64,000 bases of DNA from NCBI RefSeq assembly GCF_018977255.1, contig NW_024704743.1:106456001-106520000 (forward strand), given 5' to 3'. The notes under the pieces are model-generated. The model was not told the origin of the DNA. It worked only from the letters and a program-made list of their open reading frames with translations, and made no database searches. The number at the start of each line of letters is the position of its first letter. Position 1 is the first letter of the stretch. Of this stretch, positions 41,449 to 55,322 are shown in pieces. The DNA is from Callorhinchus milii. Taxonomy: Eukaryota. A program made the translations under genes and the position numbers.

Positions 41449-42712
41449 CTACTGAAAAGCTTGGTGAAAACGTGGTAGGGTTGTTGTGCTTAGACTAGTT
41501 GTGAAGATTGTAGATAATGGATGAAGAGCATTGAGACCGATATTATTTCCAGTTTCTTGTGAATCTTGGCACTGGGGTGGGAATGGAATGAGGGAAGAGT
41601 GAGGCTCCTCCTGGGTATAATTCATTCCAGGATTGCCCAAAGAAACAAGTTGATTGTAGGGAGGACCATTTTGTGGCAAGAAACTTAACAACTGAGAAAA
41701 TTCCAGGCCCGATGTATTCAGATGTTCGTTGAGGATTGGACTTTTTGAAAGTAAAACATCTCCAGATCCGTCATCTAGAGATCCTGTCTGGGATTCCAAG
41801 CCTAGTTTTGTTGGGGATGATTGAGTATCATGGGTGGAGGGCAACAAATCACTTTGTAGATCCATTAAATAACTCTCAATCTCACTTTTTAATGGATGTC
41901 CTTTATCAGGCATTGCAATGGCATATGAGGTAGAACCAAGAAAATATTTTGTGGCGAGTTCTTGAGAAGGGGAGCGAATAGTTGATTCTGTTTCCAGTGG
42001 GTAATTCATTCCTAAAGGCAATGGTGCAGTGACCATTTGGTTTGTTGATCCTAATGCCTGCATGGTTTGTATATGGGCACTGTAGATATTCATTTGTAAA
42101 GTATTTGTAAATGGCTTAGATGTCAGTTCACTGGAAACCATTGACATAACTGGACTTAGCTCATCTTTTAATGATAACGATTGATTAGAGCCAAATAGAT
42201 CCAAAAAGTCTGGTGGTTCAGATTTGACCTTTAGCAGCTCTTGTGAATGACTTTTCTTCATGTGGCGGGTCAGATGGTCCTTCCGCCCGAATCTCTGAGC
42301 ACAGTACTGGCAAAGGAAGTCCTTCCTTCCAGTGTGTACTACCATGTGTCTCCGAACATCTTTGCGGGTATAGAAACGACGATCACAGTGGTCACACTGG
42401 TGCTTTTTTTCCTTTGTACTACTTGATGATTTTCCAGCATGCGTCTTCAGATGCTCTAGTAACACGCCAGTATTTTCAAATGTTTGTGAGCACACTTTAC
42501 AGGTAAGATCACCACTTGTTGCAGCATGCAAAGCTAGATGACGCTTATAGCCGAGCTTTGTATTGTAGTTTTTTCCACATTCTTCACACTTGAAGGCCTC
42601 CTTGTTTGGATCATGAGTCTGAAGATGGTTCTTTAGATGATCTTTACGATGGAACATTTTCTCACAATAAGTACACTTGTGGGTCTTCTGAGGTGAATGG
42701 GTAGCCATATGC
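41449..42712 (-). CDS. PLAG1: PLAG1 zinc finger protein, last coding exon
   Basis: Acceptor TTCAAG|G at 42712; five C2H2 fingers then a Ser-rich activation domain ending TTLPRFHQAFQ*; with the upstream exon gives 501 aa. Confidence 0.96.
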
Positions 42713-44763
42713 CTTGAATAAAGAAAAGTTGTTATTTATACTGGAAAACCTATTTTAAAATATGCACAAAAGCAAACTTCATTAGCCTTCCCTCCAGAGT
42801 TGGAAACGTTTAAATATTAGATGTCCATAGTAATAAAACTGAATTTTTAAATAGGTCTATAATTATCATAATTCTAGTCGATAATTTTGAACATTCATAA
42901 AAATTATTGGAAAGCTTCATTTAAATGTAACAAAATATAAATTAAGACTATCTAATTTATGAAGTTATTCATCTATGTTATGTGAAGAAAATCATTTTTT
43001 TTCAATATTAAAACAGTTTAAAACATTGTACTGGAACATAGTTTATGAACATCTATTTCCATGCAACTATGGTTAAGATGAAGATATAATTATACTAGTA
43101 TTAAAATGCTTCTGAAATAAAAAGTAAAACTTTTCCATGCAAAAGTGGAAAATACAATATTAAGTTCTCTTGTTAAAAATTGATATTTAAAATGAAATTT
43201 GTTAATCGTATTTCACTATCTTCCAATATCTACAAACTCAACATCCAAGAGGAAATGATAAAATATGGATGGGTAAAATACTAATACAAGATGAGAAGGT
43301 GCAGTTTATTTATAAAGGTAGTAAATGGATAATGTGGATAGAGAGTAATGTAAAATAGAATACATAAAATGAAGACCTCCCTTCCATGTTATTTTAGAAT
43401 GTTTCTACAGTAGTATTACAAGAGCACCTTCAGTGAAAGAATAGAAATTGAATTATGCAAGTTAGAGCAAGCTAATTTTTGCAAAAAAATGACTAAAAAC
43501 ATTACTGGTTTAAAATGTTTTTCAGGATAACTAATGATATATTTTGAATAAGGAAATAAAAGCTGACATGAATAAGAAAAAGAGTCCATAATAAATGACC
43601 TTAACAAAGAATTGTAGAATTTTTTTCCATCATCAGAATGTTTTCCTGCAAAATGTGATTTTTGTTTTTAAAGTGTCTGGAAACCCTCTTGCTTTACATA
43701 CTTCACAAAATGCATCTCCGATGTTCCACTTCACTCTCAGGTTAAGATTTGTGCAAAAGCAAAACATTAATTGATGGTTTAATAGTTAGTGTTTTATCTA
43801 TTAACTGTGAAACAGATCATGATTTTACTTCAACAAAATAAGACATAAAACAATGTATTGTGAAACAATTAGTTCATTGCAAACAACAAAACAGGTCTTG
43901 GTACATCAAGACACTGATAAATGCTGATTGCCAAACAAACAGCTAAGATGCTAGGATGTACTGACAGAATATTTTTTTTGTATCACCGGTATACTTTGAT
44001 TAGGTGGGCTTCAGGAGAACAATTCTTCAAATAATGTAAATATTATTCTAAATATATTTGGATATTATTTGCACATTTTATAGAACCTGGATTAAAACAC
44101 ACCCAAGCATGGTTTACTTTAAAAGAATGTTTTGAGACATTTCGCATTTCTATATTCATTGGCCATAAAACCACCAGATGGGGAGTTCAGAATTGTCTTT
44201 GGTGTTTGGAGAATAACTGGAGTAAAGTTTACAAAATTAAAATGTGTCTGATGCTCTGCCCCCCATAAATTTAAGTCGTTGGAATCTGTCTTTCTACTAG
44301 TAATTATAATTAGCAGTTAAACATAAATCTAAACAAGGAGGAAATTAAAGCTTTCGTATTAACAAAATGTAAAGAATTCATAGAACTCATTAAAAATGTA
44401 AGAAAAACATTTTAATCATATTATTGCCTGGCATTCCCAGGTGAGGGTTTCAGATAACACAACTGAAATTTTGAATTTCTGATTCACCTAACAAGCCACG
44501 TGATCTTAAAAAAGTTGGAAGTTTGAAAATCTAGCTGTGCAGTGAAGAATTTGTGGAGTAATAGGATTTGGGATATTTTGGACATTGTTCAGCAAGTGTT
44601 AATAGATATCTTAACAGAGTGATGTCAGGGCATTTTTAATAGAGAAAAACAACCTCGATAACATAGACAAGGAAACGCGATTGCTAGCAGTAGGTACCAA
44701 TTTTATAGCTGCAGCAATTTTGTAATTCCAAGAACATGCATAACTACATGCAATGACAATCTT

Positions 44764-45134
44764 AATAATAATCCTTGCATTTGATGTAGCACCTTATCAC
44801 GTCTTTGAGATGTCTCAAAGCACTTCGCAGAATATACTAGAAAGCGAATTGACTGTATATTTTGTGGGTGAAACACGGCAGCAAATTGCACACAGCAGTG
44901 TCGCACAAACAGTCGTGGATTGAGAAACTAAATTATTATTATTATTTTTTAAGGAATTATTACCACCGGAAAAGCAATCCGCCAATCAACTAACAACCAG
45001 GTGCCTACTTACTACTAGGTAAAGAGAGGCATGTGGAGTAAGGAAACTTGCCCAACATTTCATCCTGCCTGGGAATCGAACCCAGGTCCTTTCACTTCCG
45101 AGGCGAGTGCTCTAACCACTAAGCTACAGGACTC
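44764..45134 (-). mobile_element. Full-length SINE (long subfamily) in the last PLAG1 intron
   Basis: Head, extra segment, core and tail. Confidence 0.82.
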
Positions 45135-46027
45135 CTCTTCAACTGTGTCGGAGCAATGTGAATGGATAGATTTGGGCTTGTACATCTGCTCTAGTCACAG
45201 AAAAAGGAAATCCCAGTGGAGTGTCTGTTGCGGCAGATGAACAACAAACACAAGCGGATCATTAGTTACCATCCCTGGTTGAAAGAAGCCTCAGCACAGA
45301 TACCTAAACTTTTAACTGTTTTTAAAAGGAGATTGGTAGTTCAACAGGGCTGTTTCACAGCCACTAGTCTCTATTCAGTGACATTTGAAAGTATGGAGGA
45401 ATCTTAGCACAGATGTAATGTGCTATCTTGCACATGATTAATGAAATGGAACTGCAGTGTGCCATTGTGAACAAAGTAATATCAGAAGTATCTGCAGTAA
45501 AAACTTTGCTTACATAGGCCAGACACAAAATTAGGCATCTAGTATGATCCCATTGCTGTTACGAAGGGTTGGTTTCAAAAGAACAGACAACTTTTACTTT
45601 ATTGGAGAATAGTTAAAAGATGGCTATGACAAAGCAATTCTGAAGCCTAACAGATCATCATTATCTATGCTCGCACAGATCAGTGAACATCTCGAGGGGA
45701 CAGACTCCAACAGCTGACATCTTAGCTTAGGTTTGTAGCAGTCGTGTCTGGATCAGAATGTTTTTGAGTTCAAACACCACAGGCACATAGTTCCAGTGAA
45801 TGCTGCAAGATTGTGGCAAGGATAGTAGGAAATGCTGTCTTGAATAAAACAAGGTCCCATCTGCCGTTTCGGGTGGACATTAAAAGATTCCATTATATTT
45901 TTTAAAAGAAGAAAGTTTCTCCAGGTGTTTGCGACAATAATCTTCCAGATTAAATAGACTATTTCACCTAATTGCTGTTTGTTTGTGAGGCCAATAATTA
46001 CCTATCAACTACTTCAAGATATTTTGA

Positions 46028-46330
46028 TAATAATAATCCTTGCATTTGTTATAGTGCCTTATCACGTATTCTAGACGTCTCAACGTGCTTCACAGAATAT
46101 ACTGTAAAGTGAATTGACTGTATATTTGTAGGCGAAACGCGGCAGCCAATTGCGCACAGTAGTGTCCCACAAACAGTCATGGATTAAGTGACCAATTTAT
46201 TATTGTTTTTTCTTCTTGAGGGATTATTATCAGGCGTGTGGAGTAAGGAAACTTGCCCAAGGTTTTACCTTGCCAGGAATCAAACCCAGGTCTCTCGCTT
46301 GCGAGGCGAGTGCTCTAACCACTGAGCTAC
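46028..46330 (-). mobile_element. SINE (short subfamily)
   Basis: Head, core and tail. Confidence 0.82.
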
Positions 46331-46419
46331 GTGATGTAACAAAGTTCTATAAAATTGCAAGTTTTCTTTTTGCCGGTGGTATGTATAATACAGGTGCAGC
46401 CATTTGGCACCAAAACTTC

Positions 46420-46608
46420 GGAACTCTCTCCCTTGGTCCCTCCTTTCCCATTTTCAAATCTCGCCTGAAGACCTTCCTCTTTTGACTGTGCTTATGGTCA
46501 CCTCCCCTCTTCTTCCGGTTGGGCATCAGGCTCCGCCACTTTAAACGCTCCGAAACACTATTACCTGTGCAAAAGGTACTATATAAATGCAAGTTACTGT
46601 TGTTGTTG
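46420..46608 (+). mobile_element. L2 tail fragment
   Basis: GGAACTCTCTCCC...GACCTTCCTCTTTTGAC...TATATAAATGCAAG then TGTTGTTG. Confidence 0.65.
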
Positions 46609-48974
46609 CAGTTACATACGTAGCCACTAACTAGTAGTACTATTTAACAGCCCGCATGCAGCAAACCACATTAAACAAGTAAACCACTAGCATCACAGAA
46701 CTCAATAATTTTTNATTTTAATGCAACTTGTAGTCTATCATTCTTTAATTGTCCTAAAATAAAGGATCATTGTACAAACACAAACTAAAGTTGGGTAGTA
46801 TACAATATAAAATAAGCAGATGTCAAATAGTATGTAAAATGAAGATAGTATCCAACTGCACAGCTCACGGGATAACTTTCAACGAGACCTTCTGGCACAC
46901 ATCTTTGGCTCCAACTGCTTGTCTGCTGCTGAGGCACATGCAGTAGAAACCCGGTAAAACACTTCAATTGTCCCTAAATTCAGGAAGATAACAAATCAGC
47001 TAACTTCTGGTGGGAGTAGGTTCCAAGAGGGACCCAGTAACAGTTGAGAGTTGTGCCCTCCACTATCACTGGTCAGTGCAATCATAACTGGCGGACAATC
47101 CCTGCAGGTCTTTGTATCAAGTGATAAATCTTGGTCACAGTCTCCCTAGTAAGCTTTAATTTCAAGCATTTTGCATTCTCTTATGCGGTAGCTCATTCTA
47201 TTGCAGCAGACCCACTGCCAGTTTCAGGTCAAGTATCTCCTATGCTTTCTGCATTCCTGAATTGTCATTTCTTCCTCTATTATAATATATTCCCAAACGT
47301 TTCAGGTCTGAAAATTCCTTTGAACCATTCACTTGTGCTGTGGCGATGCTCAAAATCTTCCCATTTATTAAGTTCACTAACTCCAGATTTGACATAGAAG
47401 TTAAATATTCACTTTTCAATGTGCTTTCCTGGTTATGCAATGCTGCAAAAGTTCCATCTTAATTGGCTTTAGAAACAAACAGCGTTTTTCACAAGATTGA
47501 ATTCTAGTTTGAGGAATGTGAATAGTCAAAGAATCTTGGTAAACAGGATTCAGCCTTTGTGTGATCTCTTAATGTTGTCTGTTTATGTCTACATTTTTGT
47601 TAATAATCCATGAAGAAAGAAATAATCCGGCCCAACATTGAATATTGTAGAATAGAACATTTTCTTTTTATTTCTGAATTAAGGTGGCAATATTTAAATG
47701 AATATAAACCCCCCAAAATGATCTGTTTATTATTCTATTACAGATTTCTAAGGCAAAAAATAATCAACCTAGATATTTGTAAATTTATTATGGGAAGAAA
47801 ACATATCTATTTATTCTTTATGATATTTGAGAAACCTTAACCTTGTGTTCAGATCATTAGGAAATTGTTTCTATCTTTATTTAAATTCCATTGGTTACAA
47901 ATGCTTAAAATAAAAGTGTCAATTTCTGTGAACAAATGGATACCAGATTGGGCTACTGCTGTGAATGTATTGCTTTATTGTAGTTTCTAGTTTTACCAGC
48001 TGTAAATCTTACAATATGATTATGCTAGTTAATTGGAATTAAAAACACAGCATAGAAGTTCATACCCATAATTCTCAACGTGGCAAGTTCCAAGTGTTGG
48101 TTTCAGTTTGATTTTTACAAGGAACGTTAGGTACCGGCTAGGAAGATATTCCCACAGTAAAAAGAGAACAAACAGAGCAGAGCATCACAGGTAAGTTACC
48201 CTAGGATGTTCCAGTTGGTCATTTTACAGTGATATTGTTAAGGGGCCGGGGTTAGGTTACCTCCTTTCCCAGGCACGAATAAATTATTGCACAATTAGAT
48301 CTGATTTATTACTCCACAATATCTATCCCTTAAGATGTTACTTTGTTAATATACATTCCCAGAAAATAGCAAGTGCGACAAAAAGCATGTATGGCAAAAA
48401 GCAGTGAAAGACAGCAGGAAACAGGTAGAACAAAGATACCATGAAATTACTGTATTCAGTTGTTTGAATGTCTAATGAAATATTAAGTTTAAACATGTAG
48501 AATTGTCTGAATTTGTTGCAGAAATTCTGCACATTTTACAAGACTAAAATACAACAAAAAATAGCAGTTAGAAATATAACAGTGCCTTAAGTGTTATTCA
48601 GAATTTAACACTTAAAATATAAATGTAATCAAATGTCCATTGTCTCTGATATCAAAATGTGCTTCAATCCATATGAGGGACAGGTGCACTACTTTCAGCC
48701 TTAGTAACCAATAATTGATTTTTTTTGTCAAAATTTACTTTATCCTCAACTGAATTTGCCGCAGACTTGAAATATCTGCTGTTAAATAATAGTTTTGTTA
48801 CATAAGATGTATATATTCATATTCTTGATCAAAACAAGTCCAAATCTGAAATTTAGAATTGCTGTATATGTCAGATTATTGAGGCTGATGGGTTAACAAA
48901 AACATCAGAGTCAAGTATACCTTGTGTAGCTGTGAAACAGAAATTGTCCCTATTCTGTATAGGCTTTTCCATAC

Positions 48975-49216
48975 CTCAGAAGTTTATATTTGGACACAAA
49001 AGCCTTGGTACAGTCTTCGTGTGAACACTTGTAGGGTCTCTCTCCTGTGTGTGAATATGAATGCACTTTCAACTTCTCAACACTAGTGAAGATCTTCCCA
49101 CACAACTGACAAGGAAAGGATTTTCTGGATTTGTTTTCACTACGTTTACGTTTCCCCGCTAGAACCTTCTGAGTATCCTTTACTTCTAAAAGATCACCAG
49201 GGATGACAGTGGCCAT
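48975..49216 (-). CDS. PLAG1: PLAG1 first coding exon
   Basis: MATVIPGDL start, KRKR NLS, first two C2H2 fingers; donor GAG|GTATGG at 48975; phase 2 matches the next exon; exon acceptor TTTTCAG|G at 49340. Confidence 0.95.
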
Positions 49217-50866
49217 CGCAGTCTACGGTACGCCTAGTATTTGGACACTTGGGTTGTGCCCAACTGTACTCATAAATATGGACTTCAGTTTCTTCCTTTT
49301 TCTGATGTTTCATGTGTTCAACGGATTTGGCATTTAGAACCTGAAAACAATGAAAGTTGTTGACAAAGTTGTATCATATAAGATATGAAGATAAGGTACG
49401 ATCAGAGTCATATCAGATAAGATATGGTGTGATTGAGCTCATCATAAGATGAACATCCCTCACTGCATCAATAACTTCCCATCCATTCTAGGACTCTAGA
49501 ACAAACACTCTTAATTCTGGAGCAATTTACTAATTTATTTTGAAATTAGCAGAAGATAATTCATTAATGATCCTTAATGAAACTCAATAAAACCCTTCTC
49601 CCATGTGAATGACTCAATAAAACTAATCTGTTTGCTGCAGCACCTTGCACCAATATCAACATTTGTAATTATTGCAATCATCATCCCTATTCACAGACAG
49701 TGTATTAGTTCACCCCCATATTCCCAGATTATAAAGATTTTTACTAAAACATTTCTTAATGATTTGACTATCATAAGCAACTCATATGTTTAAAATACCA
49801 TTTTGAAATAAATTATATAATTGAATCTTTCCACACAATACACAGTTAATCAGAAAACAATATATAATGTTCACATAGAAACCCTTACGAAATAGGTTTG
49901 ATAAAGCAGGTGCATGAATTCTTCAAAATAAAACACAAATTATGCTGTAAGGTGAAACAAATCACTGCAATAAAATTAAGTATGTTGTTTTGTGTATTCA
50001 TGTGCTGAATAAGTTTATACCATTAATAATAGGTATTTGGTTACAAGTCTGCTTAAAATGGGATTTTCACTAAAAGTGCATATTGAAAGATTCGCTAGCA
50101 AATGATTGAATCAACAACTCGTATTTATAAAGCACTTTACAGGGACAGGTTTGGACATTGGGCAAGGGAGTGGGAGGTGGCCGTAGACATGTTCAAAGAG
50201 GTAGGATTTGATTCAGGGCTTAAACAGAAAGAGAAACGGGTAGCAAGACGGAGTGGAGAGGGAGGGAGTTCCAGAAGTTAGGGGCTAGATGCAATAAAAA
50301 CACCCTAGTATTTAAAACTTTAGAGCTCCTCATTTGCTGAAATGATTTTGTTTGATTATTCAGCCTACCTACTAAAACATTTTTCCTGATTCTACTCATA
50401 CCATTTTCCACAATTCCTGTAACATTTTTTTGTCCTCTTTGCCCCTTAGGTTTTGCAGCTAGCACACAAGGTAAATGTTCCTTAAATTTAGTTGCATCTT
50501 CATAATAGAACAAGGAAGGAAATATTTTAGTAGGTATAATATTTTCATGCTTAAGTCAGGAAAAAAGTGAATCAAATAAAAAAAGTTACACACCAATATC
50601 AATGTTAACACTACTTTGATATATATTTTTTGAATTGTTCAACAATATTTTCTAACAATATCTAATGCTTGATAGAAAAATCCCATTAATTAGAAATAAT
50701 CTTTCTGAGCCTAGGTGTCGCTAATGCTCACATCATACAACTTGGGAGTTTTTTTTTAAAAAAACACATACTGTAGTTGGATTTACAAACTATGAAATGA
50801 CTTACAGTGTAAAGAATCTGTATGTAGAAAAATAGCCAGTACATAAACGTCAGGGTACAGGAATAC

Positions 50867-51001
50867 CTTCTTGGATTTCACTTTTCTGGTGGAAAACCAA
50901 CGGACTCCACTTCTAATTTCAGATACAGCGGACTCTCTCAACCAGTCTCACTAATTCTTCCTGTGGGTGACCAGAATGTACCGTGTCCCATTTTTGTTGT
51001 T
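50867..51001 (-). other. Candidate PLAG1 5' UTR exon
   Basis: Poly-T acceptor (T-run then AG) at 51002-51012 and donor AAG|GTATTC at 50867 flank a more GC-balanced 135-nt segment; no transcript evidence. Confidence 0.4.
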
Positions 51002-52329
51002 CTAAAAAAAAAGTAGAATGTGAATTCAGAGAGTTCAGAAAAGACTTGTACCAACAATTATGGAACTTAATTTACTAAACAACCTTTGTAATGAACATCT
51101 TAGTTTATACCTAGGTTAAAAAGAAACTTTCCAGAAGAGATAAGTGTTTAAGGTTCTAAACTATGTTTTGTGTTGCTAAATATATTTAGAAATTAGCAAG
51201 AAAATAAACTGCTACCAACCAAGCTTATAACAAAATAAAAGTCAAGAAGGAAAATCTTCCATTCTAACAACTGAACAAAGAATCAAACTACTGTATCCAG
51301 AGAGAAGAAAATTACACAATATTAAATTACACCAGAGCACAGAATATTTAGTCAATAAAGGCAGAAAGAAGCATTAGATCAGAAGAAATCTACCCTCTTA
51401 AGTTTAAAAATAACACATTGTTTTACTTGTATACTTTTTTAACATTTCAAATTTAATTTAAACAAATTATTTTGGAGCCCCTCTGGTGGTAATTGGTAAA
51501 GCCAGTGAAACTGAGTTATACAGAGCCATAAGGTTTCAAGTTCTATATCTGCCTGGTTAGTAGCAAATGGAAACTAGATAGCATTTCCATCCCTGGTCAT
51601 TATCTATCCAGTGCATGCAAGAAAGTGTGCTTGTGTGGACTTCAGGAAACCCATGTCATATTGTTCTGCTGTTTTGGTACATCCAAAAATATTTTTCTGG
51701 ATTTACCTTCTCAATTCGATTTTTTTCTTCTTAATTGAAATAAGGTTATTTTCTAACCAAAGAAGGCATTGACAAATTAGCTGCATGGTAAATATTTTAA
51801 AAAATCGTGCTGATGTTATATTGGGGTCTAATTTGTGTTATTTCTTAACAGAATTCCTTAATAAGGAATGTGAATTGTGCAAAGTGGATACATTTGTCAA
51901 CTGGAAGGATGTCATTATTAACCCATGGAAACTACAACCCATCTGTATTAAACATTTGTTGTAGTCATTTATAAAATAATACCTCAGTTTATGGTCAGTA
52001 ATAAATCCACACTGCACATGCTGATTTATGCCAACATATAGGTTAGCATAGGTAGAAAGTTTAAAGTTCTACCAGTAGAGATAAATTGTAAAATTCAACA
52101 CAATGTCCTTAAAAAATGTGATTAGAATAAAACTGCAAACATTTCTAAGGAGTAAAATATACCACATACACACACCATCAATAAAATAATATATTTTGTG
52201 ATGTCACTGCAAATATTGTAGACTGAATTACAGTAACAAATCAGACACAGAAAAAAATTAAGATTATTAATTACTGTATTGTGAAAGCATTTACATCTAT
52301 ATTTTGGGTTCATCCACATTGCACACAAT

Positions 52330-52650
52330 TACACCACTTTACAGTACTGTATATCCTGTGAGGTGTTCTGGGATGTCCTCTCGACATGAAAGAAGTTAAA
52401 TCAAATGTCAATATTATCTAAAATTATAAAGAGAACATTGTTGGCAATGACACTGGGAGAATTCCCTTCTCTTTTCAAATAGTGCCATGAGATCTTAAAC
52501 ATCCTCTTGAACAAGCATATAAGACCTCTGGTTAATGTCTCATCCAAAAGATAATGCCACTTATAATGCAGTCCTGCATTATAAGTGGCACTATCTTTTG
52601 GATGAGAGTTGAACCTGGACTACAAGCTCAAGTCCCCAACATGGGCTTGA
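52330..52650 (-). mobile_element. Older Deu-type SINE relic
   Basis: Degenerate tail and head-like segments. Confidence 0.5.
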
Positions 52651-55019
52651 ACCCACAATCTTTTAAAATTGTAGACTTACCATATTATGGCTTGAAAGTT
52701 AAAAAAGTTGGGCAGTTAAAGTTTTTTTTAAAAAAATCTATCCAGTCAGATCTTTTTAAATCAATTGAATAAGTTTCATAGAACGTTAGCCTTGCATCAG
52801 TTTTAGAATGTCAGATTTTATGATAAAATATCATCTATCAAATTAAGACAAGTCAAATGCTAAACTGTATTGCTTGACAACAAATGAATCAGTCCTTCAG
52901 AGAGTCCCAAACTTGCCATCTGACGTTGAAACACACTGTAGCCTGAACAAATACTCTACAATAGATTTCTTGGTCTTTTTAAAAAAAAAGAAGGCTTTGA
53001 AATGTACAAATTAAAAGTACCATGGAATATTAAGGATAAACACCAGTCTTATTGCTTGGACTGTTTTTAGCCCATTTTGATTTCAGGAATCTGCTAGGAT
53101 CGTGTCACATTTATAAAACACTACATAGATTAGCCAACCTTGGGGTCAGTTGTCTTCACTCTTCATGTTATGTACCCTACAATAATATGAACAATGTGGC
53201 TAACTCAGATGAAAAACAAAATCACAGTTGAAGATCCATAACAATCCCACTCTATGTATATTACCCCCCAGTGATCTCCCCTTTGATCCAAGCAGTAATC
53301 AATAAGATTCAGTGTCCTGTCCTTTGCTTTGGTCCCATGGTGATAAAATAAAAATTGCAAACCTCTCAATCTTACAGATTCATCCATCTGAAAAAATAGC
53401 CACTTTTATAGCGAAATCAGGACTACATCTAGGATCTTTATGGAATCATAGGATTATATGATCAGTACCTTAATACCACTAAATACTGTCTAACTAATAT
53501 TAAGTGCACTAGCTCAGAAGTTGTTTACAAAAAGCCCCTTTGAAATTAGAGATGTACTGGACATCACTTAAAGTCTCGTCAACTTAAGTGTTGATGGCAA
53601 TAATCTACTGCTTGAAAAAGCCATGTCTGGCTCTAACTAAACCCAACAGAAAAACTGTGGTAACGACATATCAGTTTACATTAGTGCATGATTTTAATGG
53701 AAGGTGCTTTCTTGTGGAGGACGATGCCAAGAGTCATGAAGGCTTGAAATGATAAAGATGCAGCATGTAGCTGAAGATGGGCCAGCTGAGAGTCTCAACT
53801 ATCTAGACCATTTGGGAAAGCACATTTCATAAAGCAACTTTAAAATCACCTGTACCTTCATCGTATTTGTTGTGTAAATTCCTGTACACTAACTGATTTA
53901 GGGGCAATAGGGGAACAGAGAGAAAGTTGAATGGAATATCCAAATTCGGATATATAACCCTATTGGATGTCTAATATGGTTATGTTGGAAAGAGCTGTTT
54001 ATTGAAGAGAAATTAGTGATGCAGTGAATTTCATCTCTAAATCAGGTTACATTGGATCCTGTGACTGGTGACTGTTTGGGTCCTATTTGAATAATTTGAA
54101 GTGTGAGCACAGAGCACAAACTTGTTCCAATTCAGCAATGGATTGTCAATTTCCCTCAGAAAGTCCACAGAATAGCTGGAGTAGGAATTAGAAACATCGT
54201 ATTGGTGTGTTAGGAAATGTTTTTTCTGAGGTTAGAGTAGAAGGAGCTTTGCTAATCTAATCAAGCTTTATCTTGCAAGAATGCTCAATTCTGACACTGG
54301 GTGCCAAAAATGGAAAAACATCTGTCTACAGCATCTTTCTCCTGGAGATAATTTAATAAGAAATTTGGATTTTGAAGCCTTCAAATAATTACCTTGAACA
54401 GAAATTTGATTGAAGAACCTCTGTCACTTCAGGGACAACTTTGGATACAGTGAGTAAGAGGCAGGGAGATCTTCAAGACATTAGTAGTACAATTGGGTGA
54501 GCAATCATTAGGAATATATTAGTCTTAGTATCTGGTTCCAAAAAATCACTAAAGGGGCTTAAGTCCTTTAAGCTCACAAGCTGCTAAGAGTTATAAGTTG
54601 GGATCAATGACCAATACTACTCACAATATTCCATTAAGGGATTGCACACATTGACCATCTGCATTCTCAAGCATTAAGTTAGAAATCTGCCAATAAAAGT
54701 TCTAGAGAATTTAAGAATCCCATCCTCATGAAAAAAAATCAAGCTGCTGCTATTTGCAATACTCATTTACAGTTGTATACAGTAATACTGTATAACACTT
54801 AGGGTTCAGGCTGCAGGCTGGTAAGAATATTATAATTCCTTTGTGCTGGAGCAAAGCCAAAATGGTACACCTGCTGAAAGGATCATAGCATGCCCTTCAC
54901 TTCTCAGAACAAAAAAAATGCTACATCAATTGTATTCGCAATAAATTGTATTTACCACCAACATATTATCCTGTGCAACTGCTAACTATGTCCTTTTGGA
55001 CTTTGACCTTTGTATAGAA

Positions 55020-55322
55020 ATAATAATAATGATGATCCTTGCATTTTATATAGCACCTTATCACGTCGTTGAGACATCTCAAAGTGCTTAACAGGATATA
55101 CTGTAAAATGGATTGATTGTATAGTTTGTGGGTAAAACAAGGCAGCTAATTGCACACAGCAGTTGTGGATTGAGTGACCACATTATTATCTTATTTTCTT
55201 TATTAATTTCAAGGAATTATTACCCACAGAAAACGATCTGCCAATTGACTATTATACCAGATTCCTACTAGGTAAACAGAGGTGTGGGTGTAAGGAAACT
55301 TGCCTAAGGTTTCGCCCTGCCC
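55020..55322 (-). mobile_element. SINE copy (long subfamily, head truncated)
   Basis: Tail, core and extra segment recognisable. Confidence 0.75.

Noticed and set aside
46714..46714. Single ambiguous base N
   Set aside because: Assembly ambiguity in an intron; no biological inference.
54100..54350. Segment that could be a PLAG1 non-coding exon
   Set aside because: No convincing splice-site pair; looks more like an ancient SINE-type relic and cannot be resolved by eye.
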